Assembly: GCA_030390025.1 (NCBI GenBank)
Contig: CM059438.1
Location: 58,034,001 to 58,098,000 of the forward strand
From: Squalus acanthias
Taxonomy: Eukaryota
Length of the DNA: 64,000 bases
Reading direction: 5' to 3'
Shown here: positions 12,243 to 22,391 of the stretch, one piece after another
Numbering within the stretch: position 1 is the first letter of the stretch
Layout of the letters: each line of letters opens with the position of its first letter
The notes under the pieces: model-generated
What the model was told of the DNA's origin: nothing
The model's database searches: none
What the model saw: the letters and a program-made list of their open reading frames with translations, nothing else
Made by a program: the position numbers and the translations under genes

Positions 12243-13145
12243 TTTGAACACATCCGTAAGACAAAGGTCCTCTACCAACCTGCCCCCGCCACACAGTACT
12301 GCCCCCCGATTATCAAAATCCCCAACACGACCTTGGACAACGTGGACCACTTTCCATACCTCGGGAGCCTACTGTCAACAAGGGCAGACGTCGATGACAA
12401 AGTCCAACATCGCCTTCAGTGTACCAGTGCAGCCTTCGGTCGCCTGAGGAAGAGAGTGTTTGAAGACCAGAACCTCAAACCCGGCACCAAATCATGGTCT
12501 ACAGAGCAGTAGTGATACCCGCCCTCCTGTATGCCTCAGAGACATGGACCATGTACAGCAGGTACCTCAAAGCACTGGAGAGGTACCACCAACGCTGCCT
12601 CCGCAAGATCCTGCAAATCCATTGGCAAGATAGGCGCACCAACGTCAGTGTTCTCACTCAGGCCAACATCCGCAGCATTGAAGCTTTAACCACGGTTGAT
12701 CAGCTCCGATGGACGGGTCACATCGTCCGCATGCCCGATACGAGACACCCAACACAAACTCTCTACTCGGAGCTCCGACACGGCAAGAGAGCCCCAGGTG
12801 GGCAGAGGAAACGCTTCAAGGACACCCTCAAAGCCTCCTTGAAAAAGTGCAACATCCCCACCGACACCTAGGAATCCCTGGCCCAAGACCACACAAAGTG
12901 GAGGAGAAGCATCCGGGAAGGCGCCGAACACCTCAAGTCTCTTCGCCGGGAACAAGCAGAAGCCAAGCGCAAGGAGCTCACGTCAACCCAAGCACCCCAC
13001 CCACCCGCCCCTTTAATCACCGTCTGCCCCACCTGTGACAGAGACTATAGGTCCCGCATTGGACTCATCAGTCACCTGAGAACTCATTTTTAATATGGAA
13101 GCAAGTCACCCTCAGTTCCGAGGGACTGCCTAAAAAGAAAAAAGA
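12243..13145 (+). mobile_element. RTE-clade LINE 3' fragment
   Basis: VYRAVVIPALLYASETW...QLRWTGHIVRMPD...GGQRKRFKDTLK, with an A-rich tail at about 13135. Confidence 0.88.
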
Positions 13146-13179
13146 GTGAACAAATATAAGATTAAGGGGGAAAAATTCG

Positions 13180-13345
13180 GTTGACTTGCACCTCCCGTTA
13201 GCGCCCGGTGGGAAGAGAGGACATCGGTAAAGATGCTTTAGCTACGATTAAATAGATAGGGGTGGAACCAAGCGTGGGCAATCCCACCAACTTGGACAAC
13301 AGAGAGGCGTTGGAGAAGAGAATGGCATGGTGATCCATGTTTAAT
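13180..13345 (-). mobile_element. L2 RT fragment
   Basis: LLQRLS.V..GG.A.AWF..YL.NRS, matching the L2 copy at 52545-53880. Confidence 0.65.
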
Positions 13346-13347
13346 AC

Positions 13348-15800
13348 CCGCAGTGCAGCAACTGAAGAAGAAAGAGTCAAATTGGACCCCTCCAGAGGGT
13401 CGCTGCCCTAAGCTTGACATGTATGCTCAAGCTGTCAGGAGATGCATCAACGCCAGATTCATCAGCCGCACTCACAAGACAGTCCAGAATGTCACCCGAG
13501 CACAACGCAACGCCATCCACGCTCTCAAGACCAACCGCAACATCGTCATCAAACCAGCGGACAAAGGAGGAGCCATCGTCATACAGAACAGAATGGACTA
13601 TTGCAAAGAAGCATACCAACAACTGGACAACCAGGAACACTACAGACAGTTACCCGCAGATCCGACCAAAGAACACACCCGCCAACTCAATAGACTGATC
13701 AAGACCTTCGATCCAGACCTTCAAAGCATCCTACGCGCTCTCATCCCACGTACTCCCCGCGTGGGAGACTTCTACTGCCTCCCAAAGATACACAAAGCCA
13801 ACACACCCGGATGTCCTATCGTATCAGGCAACGGAACCCTGTGTGAGAACCTCTCTGGATACGTCAAGGGCATCCTGAAACCCATCGTACAGGGAACCCC
13901 CAGCTTCTGTCGCGACACTATAGACTTCTTACAGAAACTCAGCACCCACGGACCAGTTGAACCAGGAACACTCCTCGCCACGATGGATGTCTCGGCACTC
14001 GACACCAGTATCCCCCACGATGACGACATTACTGCGACAGCCTCAGTACTCAACACCAACAACAGCCAATCTCCAGACGCCATCCTACAACTCATCCGCT
14101 TCATCCTTGACCACAATGTCTTCACCTTCGACAACCAGTTTTTTACCCAAACACACGGAACAGCCATGGGGACCAAATTCGCACCCCAATATGCCAACAT
14201 CTTCACGCACAAGTTCGAGCAAGACTTCTTCGCTGCACAGGACCCCCAACCAACGCTATACACCAGATACATCTACGACATTTTCTTCCTATGGACCCAC
14301 GGCGAAGAATCACTGAAAAGACTACACGATAACATCAACAAGTTCCATCCCACCATCAAACTCACCATGGACTACTCCTCAGAATCGGTTTCATTCTTGG
14401 GCACACGAATCTCCATCAAAGACGGACACCTCAGCACTTCACTCTACCGCAAGCCCACGGACAACCTCACGATGCTCCACTTCTCCAGCTTCCACCCTAA
14501 CCACGTTAAAGAAGCCATCCCCTATGGACAAGCCCTGCGAATACACAGGATCTGCTCAGACGAGGAGGAACACGATGGACACCTACAGACGCTGAAAGAT
14601 GCCCTCGTAAGAACGGGATATGATGCTCGACTCGTCGATCGACAGTTCCGACGGGCCACAGCGAAAAATCGCATAGACCTCCTCAGAAGACAAACACGGG
14701 ACACAACCAACAGAGTACGCTACGTCGTCCAGTACTTCCCCGGAGCAGAGAAACTACGCCATGTTCTTCGCAGCCTTCAACATGTCATCGATGACGACGA
14801 ACACCTCGCTAAGGCCATCCCCACGCCTCCACTACTTGCCTTCAAACAGCTGCCTAACCTCAAACAGACCATCGTTCGCAGCAAATTACCCAGCTTTTAG
14901 GAGAACAGTGACCACAACACCACACAACCCTGCCACGGCAACCTCTGCAAGACATGCCAGATCATCAACACAGATACCATCATCACACGTGAGGACACCA
15001 CCCACCAGGTACATGGTACATACTCATGTGACTCGGCCAACGTTGTCTACCTCATACATTGCAGGAAAGGATGCCCCGGAGCATGGTACATCGGCGAGAC
15101 CATGCAGACACTGCGACGACGTATGAACGGACACCGCGCAACAATCGCCAGGCAGGAGTGTTCCCTCCCAGTCGGGGAACACTTCAGCAGTCAAGGACAT
15201 TCAGCCTCCGATCTTCGGGTAAGCGTTCTCCAAGGCAGCCTTCGAGACACACGACAACGCAAAATCGTCGAGCAGAAACTGATAGCCAAGTTCCGCACCC
15301 ATGAGGATGGCCTCAACCGGGATCTTGGGTTCATGTCACGCTACATGTAACCCCACCTGACGTAGAGTCATCCAGACTCGAGTCGTCGTTGGCTTGTTCT
15401 CTCTACACAGATGCGGCTGGACCTGCTGTGATTTCCAGCAAAAAAAGTTTTTTGTTTTCCATACAGACCCCAGCATCTGCCACATTTGACCCCTTGTGAC
15501 CCCACGTCATTGTCTTTGATGTAATGTTTTCCTGACTGACCTGGTTGGACACCATCCACACCTGTGATTGCCGTGATTATCTCTCTGCCGAGGTGTGATA
15601 AAGGGCAGTTAGAAAGATTAACTGTAATCATCTGGCAGTGTTCTCTGACTATATATGCTGTGCCTATATGCATCTCTTCACTTCACCTGACGAAGGAGCA
15701 GCGCTCCGAAAGCTTGTGATTTCATATAAAGCTAACCTGGTGTTGTGCGACTTCTCACATTTGTCCACCCCAGTCCAACACCGGCATCTCCACATCATGT
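13348..15800 (+). mobile_element. Penelope-like element: RT + GIY-YIG endonuclease + 3' terminal repeat, 5'-truncated
   Basis: KPADKGG, LPKIHK, GTAMGT, and RYIYDIF (YIDD altered). After one in-frame stop at 14898-14900 the same frame gives C..CKTC, VVYLIHC, WYIGET, GLN up to 15350. Confidence 0.93.
15683..15719 (+). ncRNA. Minimal type-I hammerhead ribozyme motif in the Penelope terminal repeat
   Basis: TCAC-CTGACGA-A-GGAGC-AGC-GCTCC-GAAA-GC-TT-GTGA: conserved core, stem II, stem I (TCAC/GTGA) and palindromic AAGCTT. Confidence 0.7.
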
Positions 15801-17620
15801 TTAATAGGGCAGAGAAGTCAAAGAAGATGAGGAGGGATAATACATCATGTTCACAGTCACAGAGAATGTCATTTCTGATTTTGGTTAGAGGTGTTTTGGT
15901 GATGTGGGAGGACTGGAAATCTGATGGGAGGAATCAAACAGGGAGTTGCAGGCGAGACGGGCACAAAACTGGGATGCAAAGGCACATTTGCAGAGGAAAG
16001 GGAAGTTGGAGCGGTAGTTAGTAAGGATTAAGAAGTCAAGAGTGTTTTTTTGAAGAGTGGGGTTATGATAGTGGTTTTGAAAGGGAGGGGCACAGTGCCT
16101 GAGGATAGGGAACCATTCACATTAGCGAGGAGAACAAATCATTTACAATATTACAGAAGCAAAATACTGCGGATGCAGGAAATAAAAAATAAAAACAGCA
16201 AATACTGGAAACACTCAGCAGGTCGGGCAGCATCTGTGGAGAAAGAAAAAGAGTTAACGTTTCAGGTCGATGACCTTTCATCAGAATTGGGAGATGTTAG
16301 AAGTTAACAGCTTTTAAGCAAGTACAGAGCCAGGGAGATATGAAACAAACTTGAGTAGGAACTTTGGCTACCTTCAAGCCAAGGTACTGTGAATGGTTTT
16401 AGATAGGCATCGCTCACGATTCCAGGAAGTTCTTTACACGCAAGTTTCTAGACATAAGACTGCGTGCAGTGCTCTGTATGTAGTCTTAAGATGAATGTTA
16501 AGAAAGGAGAAACGAGACACACAGCAGTTCAGGGCTAGAGTGGAGGAAGTCTAAAAGGGCTTTGGCTTAGTGGGCAAGGGAAATGGGGGGGAAAAGCAAC
16601 AAAGGCAGCTGAAATTATGATATTTATCTTCCTGACAAAGAAATCTATGAGATCCTCAAATTTTTTGTCAGAGGTTAGAGTGGAGAGGGAGGAGTGTGGG
16701 GTGTAAGGAGGTGGCCCTCTCGGATGATTCTCGAGTAATGGGCTGGTTTGGCAAAGGAGAGCAAGGCCTGGTAGAGCTTTATGTGGTCAAGCCAAATGTG
16801 GCCAGAATGGTTAAGTCAGTCGTGTACCTGATATGCTCAAGTTTGCACCCCTTTAACTTGAGAGACCAAAAATGGGGACCGTAACAGGGGGATTGACAAG
16901 GGTGGGAGACAGTGAGGGCTTTGCTGGGGATGATCACATCGAAAGTAAAAATGATTTGTTGAGCAAGTTAACAACTGCATAAGTATCATGGCAAATGGAG
17001 GGCCAAACACTAAAAGAGCTGGGAGTTGTAAGGGACTTGGAGGACAGTTTTTTCAAAGGGTCGATGCTAAAGGAAATGGGAGGGTAAAGGGACATAGATG
17101 GTGTAGGATACAAGGAAGTGGTCAGAGATAGCCTTGTCGGTGATAGAGAGCATGGGAGTAGAGAGGGCATGGGAGATGGTGAGGTTGAAGGGATGCCCAT
17201 CATTATGGGTAGAAAGGTTTAATGGAAGTTTAGAGAGGATAGAATGGTGAATTTGCAGAAATGGGGACAAGGAGAGCTGAGGTTAAGATTGAAATCATCA
17301 AAGATGAGTAGTCGCTCAGCGCAGAGGCTGAAGGAATACAGCAGGGAAGATATATCGTGGAGAAATTCAGGATGGGACTTGAATGGCACAGTAGACGATG
17401 AGGATTTTAAAGATAAGATGAGAGACACAGAAAAAGGATGAGGTAGAGGGAAAGGTCAGTGTGACTTGGTGACAAGAACCACACAGTGGGGGAAAATAAA
17501 AGTGGGGAGGTTTTGAGAAGTTTCAGTCAAATCCAGGATCTCAAAATGATCATCCACATTAAGGTCATAGTTGGCAAGGATCATGTTCATGAATGAGCAG
17601 ATATTCTGTAGGGAAATACA
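15800..17620 (-). mobile_element. Old degraded L2-type LINE (endonuclease region), interrupted
   Basis: Fragmentary DDFNL, SDHFLV and LTET motifs on - strand in purine-rich + strand sequence. Confidence 0.55.
16158..16335 (-). mobile_element. Penelope-type terminal-repeat fragment with hammerhead motif (16252-16288)
   Basis: Minus strand reads CTGATGA-A-AGGTC-ATC-GACCT-GAAA-CGTT-AACT. Same family as 4235-4454. Confidence 0.72.
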
Positions 17621-18044
17621 GAGATGGGCAATGATTGTTGATCTACCAGGCGAGCATGACAGGAACGTTAATGAGGTTAGCCCCCATTGAGTGGTCTGGG
17701 AAGAAAGGCTGGCAAATATGGAGGATAGGACAGTTGGGGTTGCTGTTCTTAAGTTCAACAATGGGAGCCCCAATAGTCCCATCAGAGAATATCAAGGCAG
17801 GGAGAAAGCAGCTGTGGCATTTTTCAAAGGGGGATTCAAACCGGAGATAACAGCAGGAGAGAACAAAGATAGAAGAGTGCCTGAAAAAGGAATGGTGAAA
17901 GGTGGCATGACCAAGTGAAAGGGAGAGGGGAGAGCAATGCCTGAGAAAGCCCAAAAAAGGAAGACAGAAGTACTGAGCTCAGGTTTGGAGCAGCAGCTAA
18001 AATGCACACAGGAACAGAAAAGAGAACAGATTGAGTAATGAGAA

Positions 18045-18472
18045 GAGAAACTAGGCCTGTATTCTCTTGAATTCAGAAGAATGAGAGGGGATCTCATTGA
18101 AGCATACAAAATTATTACAGGGCTTGATAGGGTGGATGGTGGGAGAATGTTTCCCTTGTCTGGGGAGTCTAGAACCAGGGGCCACAGCCTCAGGATAAAG
18201 GGTAGGCCATTCAGGACTGAGATGAGAAGAAATGTCTTCACACAGAGGGTGGTGAATCTTTGGAATTCTCTACCCCAGAAGGCTGTGGAGGCTCAGTCAT
18301 TGGGCATATTCAAAACAGAAGTCGATAGATTTCTGACTAGTAAAGACATCAAGGGATATGGCGATAGGGCCGGTGAATGGAGTTGAGGCAGATCAGCCAT
18401 GATCTCGTTGAATGGCGGAGCAGGCTCGAAGGGCCGAAAGGCCTACCCCTGCTCCTATTTCTTATGTTCTTA
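18045..18472 (+). mobile_element. CR1 3' end
   Basis: RGDLIEAYKI...FTQRVVNLWNSLP, followed by a TTCTTATG tail. Confidence 0.92.
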
Positions 18473-18962
18473 AAGGGAGATTAGACAAGCCAAGTAGCAG
18501 TCTTAAACTGAGGGCAGGGAGTAGACAACAGGAAACAGTCCTTTCTCCTTGCTGTACCTGGTTTTATATGCTGTAGAAAACAGCTCAATTAGAAAGAATT
18601 ATACATTTTCAGCAGGTATCTCAAAGGAAATATCTGTGGGCTTGGTTTCCCTTTTTGATTTACTCTCCATTACTGGAGTTCTTCACCACCGAATTTCCTA
18701 GGTTGCCTTCCTCCAAGTATCCTCTGTGGGTGAAGGGATAAATGTATGTGGGGCTCTGTGCTTTGCACTTCTAGGACAATCTTCTACCTTCATCTGGTTA
18801 CTGGTCCTGGGTAATACATCCCCCTCAACAACACCTTTCCTTTGCTATCCTCTCACAAACTGTTTCCATAAGAGGAATCATGTTTAGACCTCACCCTGAA
18901 TAGGGGTTCTGATCTGCCCTCTTGTGTGTTTGTAGATTCCCATCCTAGTCCCTTATTGTTGA

Positions 18963-19426
18963 ATCACCCATCACCCCTGTGCTCACTGACCTACATTGGC
19001 TTCCAGTTAAGCAACGCCTCGATTTCAAAATTCTCATCCTTGTTTTCAAATCCCTCCATGGCCTCACCCCTCCCTATCTCTGTAGTCTCCTCCAGCCCCA
19101 CAACCCCCCACCCCGAGATATCTGCGCTCCTCTAATTCTGCCCTCTTGAGCATCCCTGATTATAAATCGCTCAACCATCGGTGGCCGTGCCTTCTGTTGC
19201 CTAGGCCCTAAGCTCTAGAATTCCCTGCCTAAACCTCTCCGCCTCTCTACCTCTTTTTCCTCCTTAAAACCTATCTCTTTGTCCAAGCTTTTGGTCACCT
19301 GCCTTAATTTCTCTTTAGGTGAATTGGTGTCAATTTTTTTGTCTTATAATACACCTGTGAAGCACCTTCAGACATTTCACTATGTTAAAGGTGCTATATA
19401 AATACAAGTTGTTGTTGTTGTTGTTG
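18963..19426 (+). mobile_element. L2 3' end
   Basis: Matches 53415-53880 and ends GCTATATAAATACAAG(TTG)n. Confidence 0.88.
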
Positions 19427-19436
19427 AATACTCATT

Positions 19437-20268
19437 GGGCTGGATTTTGATACTCAGGTCGGGTTGGTGTCGTGAATCCCACATTTTGGCTTGTAAACCC
19501 GCCTCCATCGAGATGTGGCCAACCCACTGTATTTTCCCTTGATTGACCTTGTTGAGCCCGCCCAGTGGGCTCAGCAGGCCAATTAAGGGCCACCCGGCAA
19601 CAGGTGAAGTCACAGATTGACATTTCATCTGTCAAGAGCTTTTGACAGATGAAATATCAGCATTTGACAGCTGTGAAGCTGTCAAACACGGACAATATGA
19701 TTTCTAACTTAAGTCCTTCCTCTCAGGCGGAGTTAGAAATCATTCCACCACAGAAAACAGAAGGCTACAGTTTTTGACAGGACCACGGCTTTTCTGCTTT
19801 CTGTGCCGGTGAGATTTCTGACTCCCGAGAACTGAAGGGCTGACACCCACAGGAGGAAGTTAAGGTAAGTAAAACTTTTTCCCCACACTTAGCACTTACC
19901 TTACACACTTACCTCTGCACACATGCACCCATCACTCACCTGCCCACCGGACATATCGACCCCTCCAACCCCTGCAGACCCACGGTCCGCCGCGATAACT
20001 TGGCGTGGTTGCCACCTGTCGGGAAGCCCACATTTCACCTTTTAAAATAGGGATTATCCAATAAACTGCCTGTTAACTACCTGTTAACAGGCAGTTAATT
20101 GTCACTAATCCCTTCCCGCCTCAGGGAGTCGGGTCTCAGCACAGGTCGGGTACCCGCCGCCAGCGAAACTGGCATGGAGGCAGGATGGGGTCGGGACCCC
20201 CGAATCTGCAACTTTAACCCCCCACACGCCTCCAAACCTGACTCCACGGGTCATTGAAAATCCAGCCC
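19437..20268 (+). mobile_element. Harbinger-type MITE (about 830 bp), same family as 47049-47879
   Basis: Perfect 12-bp TIR GGGCTGGATTTT / AAAATCCAGCCC and TSD ATT/ATT. Confidence 0.9.
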
Positions 20269-21074
20269 ATTGGGTTTTGCATACATACCTAGTAGTCTGA
20301 TATTAGGTTAGTGAAATAAATTAATGTAATGACAGGTGGCAAATTAACATCTCTCCCCATAACCTTTTGTATTTTTCCTTTTCAAATACTATCCACTTCC
20401 CTTTTACACACTGTTATAGTCCTTGCCTCAATCGCAATTTATGGTAAAGTATTCCAAATTCTAATAACCCTCCTGTGTGACGAAAATGTTGACTATAAAC
20501 AGAGATCCCCTCAATCTTTGGCAGTTGAGCACTGCTATAGGTGAGACCAACATGTAAACAATTGCCCTGTATATTAATGCTAGTGATTAATGCAGTAAAA
20601 AAGAAATGGAATTAAAAAAATACAATAAATAGGTAACCTTCGGAGTGCATGGCAAGTGTTGGCCATGATTACTTTTCCTGTATCATGTATACCTGCTAGC
20701 CAGGTAACGTTCATGATGCACAATCACCTGCAAATCCTACTTTACCTGAAAGCGGGGTATTATTTCAACTCCAAAAAATGAATAGCAATTTCTTTGTTCA
20801 GGTTCCCCACACATCTTGCTGGCTTTCCTACTAATGAAAATATTTTCTGAAAATACATGTATGCAACAACAGAATGTTGGTGTGCTGCTAGTGTATTTAA
20901 CTGGTGAGAGAAAGCACATACCTGCAGAACTCGGAACTTAAATGACGTATTACTTGTAAAACAAAAGAGTACGTTGGTTGTTCATAGGTCGATCAGTTAG
21001 CTAATTATATTAATTTCGACAATTTTAAATATATATATTTCAGAATTGAACAGAAACACTCGTTGCATCTTTCT

Positions 21075-21492
21075 CTTTCCCGCGAGATCTACTCTCTGCA
21101 ATGCCTCAGCGTCAAGGCGCCTTCACTAAAATGGTGCCGGCAGCTGAAGCAGCCCCGCGCGATCTCAGCCCAGCACCTGGTCATTGACCGGGCGCCGAGC
21201 CAGGGGACCAATCAGGGTGCTGGAAGCGGCGCGCGGCACGGGACGCCGAGGCAGGGGGCCAATCAGGGCGCTGGGAGCGGCGCGCGGCACAGAGCGCGGA
21301 GCCAGGTGGACAATCAGGGCGCTAGGAGCGAGGAAGCCAATCAGGGCGCTGGGAGCGGCGCGCGGCACAGGGCGCGGAGCCAGGTGGACAATCAGGGCGC
21401 TAGGAGCGAGGAGGCCAATCAGGGCGCTGGGAGCGGCGCGCGGCACAGGGCGCGGAGCCCGAGACAAAGGCACGCGGCTTGGGCCGTTGGAA
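21075..21492 (+). promoter_or_regulatory. CpG-island promoter with tandem CCAAT (NF-Y-type) boxes
   Basis: CpG-dense segment with four CCAATCAG and two CAATCAG motifs in repeated units, directly upstream of the ATG at 21493. Confidence 0.7.
21190..21460. repeat. GC-rich minisatellite (about 51-bp and 78-bp units) in the promoter
   Basis: Repeated CCAATCAGGGCGCTGGGAGCGGCGCGCGGCAC. The 78-bp unit is duplicated almost exactly. Confidence 0.85.
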
Positions 21493-21553
21493 ATGGCGCG
21501 ATTGGCCAAGTGCTTCATCGTGGCGTTGATGGCAACAACGCTGGTCTACGCAG
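21493..21553 (+). CDS. Exon 1 (signal peptide) of a C-type lectin domain-containing gene: MARLAKCFIVALMATTLVYA
   Basis: GAAATGG start at the 3' edge of a CpG island. 20 codons with a hydrophobic core and V-Y-A cleavage-type end, then CAG|GTAAGG donor. Phase 1 matches the exon at 33713. Confidence 0.8.
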
Positions 21554-21639
21554 GTAAGGTATTCGCGATGGCACCCCAGCTGCCATAGTCGTTGTTGAGG
21601 TATTCAATGGCATTGGAGGCCTTTTTAACTTTGGGTGAT

Positions 21640-22050
21640 GTTGTAAAATGGGTGATATCGAATTAGCCGCCCATTATGCACCACACCCGATTTTCCTGGT
21701 GCTTAATGGGCTCCCAATTCCATATCACCCGTTTTACACTAACGCCCAAGGTTTAAATTACTCCAGTGAGAGCAAACCGGATCTTTACCACGAAATCTGC
21801 TCACATTCAAAAATCTACCCAAAACTACTTGCCCCATAGTCCCCAGTCAGTAAATTTTGAGGCCTGTGCTGGAATAGAAAGAGTATTTGAAGTAGATCTT
21901 GACTTTGTAAAACCGGTGATAACCAGTCACCATCTCTCCCGATTTTTATTTTTATTGAAATCAATGGAAATAAAAATTGAGAGATGTAAAAGGGACTGCT
22001 GACTGGCTGTCGCCCGTTTTACACTGACACACAAAATAAAGGTCTATCCC
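21640..22050. repeat. Two short palindromic MITE-like remnants
   Basis: GTAAAATGGGTGATAT...ATATCACCCGTTTTAC (about 21643-21737) and a second imperfect palindrome at about 21890-22050. Confidence 0.5.
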
Positions 22051-22138
22051 CTTAATTTCTAGTCTGATGTTAAGCACCAAACTCCTGTAAACATGGATCC
22101 TTCAAACTAAGGTAAGGGAATCTGAAACAAACCAAAGT

Positions 22139-22391
22139 GTTTTTTTTAATTTATACATTTACGGGAAGTGGGTGTCAATGGCAAGGCCATTGCCCATCCT
22201 TAGTTGCCCTTGAGAAGGTGGTGGTGAGCCGCAATCCGATAGTTTCATGGTCACTGTTACTAGCTCTGTATTCCAGATTTATTTAATTAACTGAATTTAA
22301 ATTCCCCAGCTGCCAAGGTAGGATTTGAGCTCACGTCTCAGGATCATTAGTCCAGGCCTCTGGATTACTGGTCCAGTAACATAACCACTAT
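22139..22391 (-). mobile_element. tRNA-derived SINE
   Basis: Minus strand: CATAGTGGTTA (A-box-like), GAGCTCAAATCC (B-box-like), body shared with 22392-22472, and an A-rich tail. Confidence 0.7.

Noticed and set aside
13353..14900. Functional Penelope RT or telomerase-like gene
   Set aside because: YIDD changed to YIYD, an in-frame stop before the GIY-YIG domain, and 5' truncation.
21190..21460. CRISPR-like repeat array
   Set aside because: Units are tandem without unique spacers, the context is eukaryotic, and there are no cas genes.
21063..21588. Repetitive Arg/Ala/Gly-rich ORFs on both strands
   Set aside because: By-products of the GC-rich promoter minisatellite. Only 21493-21553 is supported as coding.
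22300..22391. tRNA gene
   Set aside because: Only degenerate A/B-box similarity followed by a SINE body. No complete cloverleaf.
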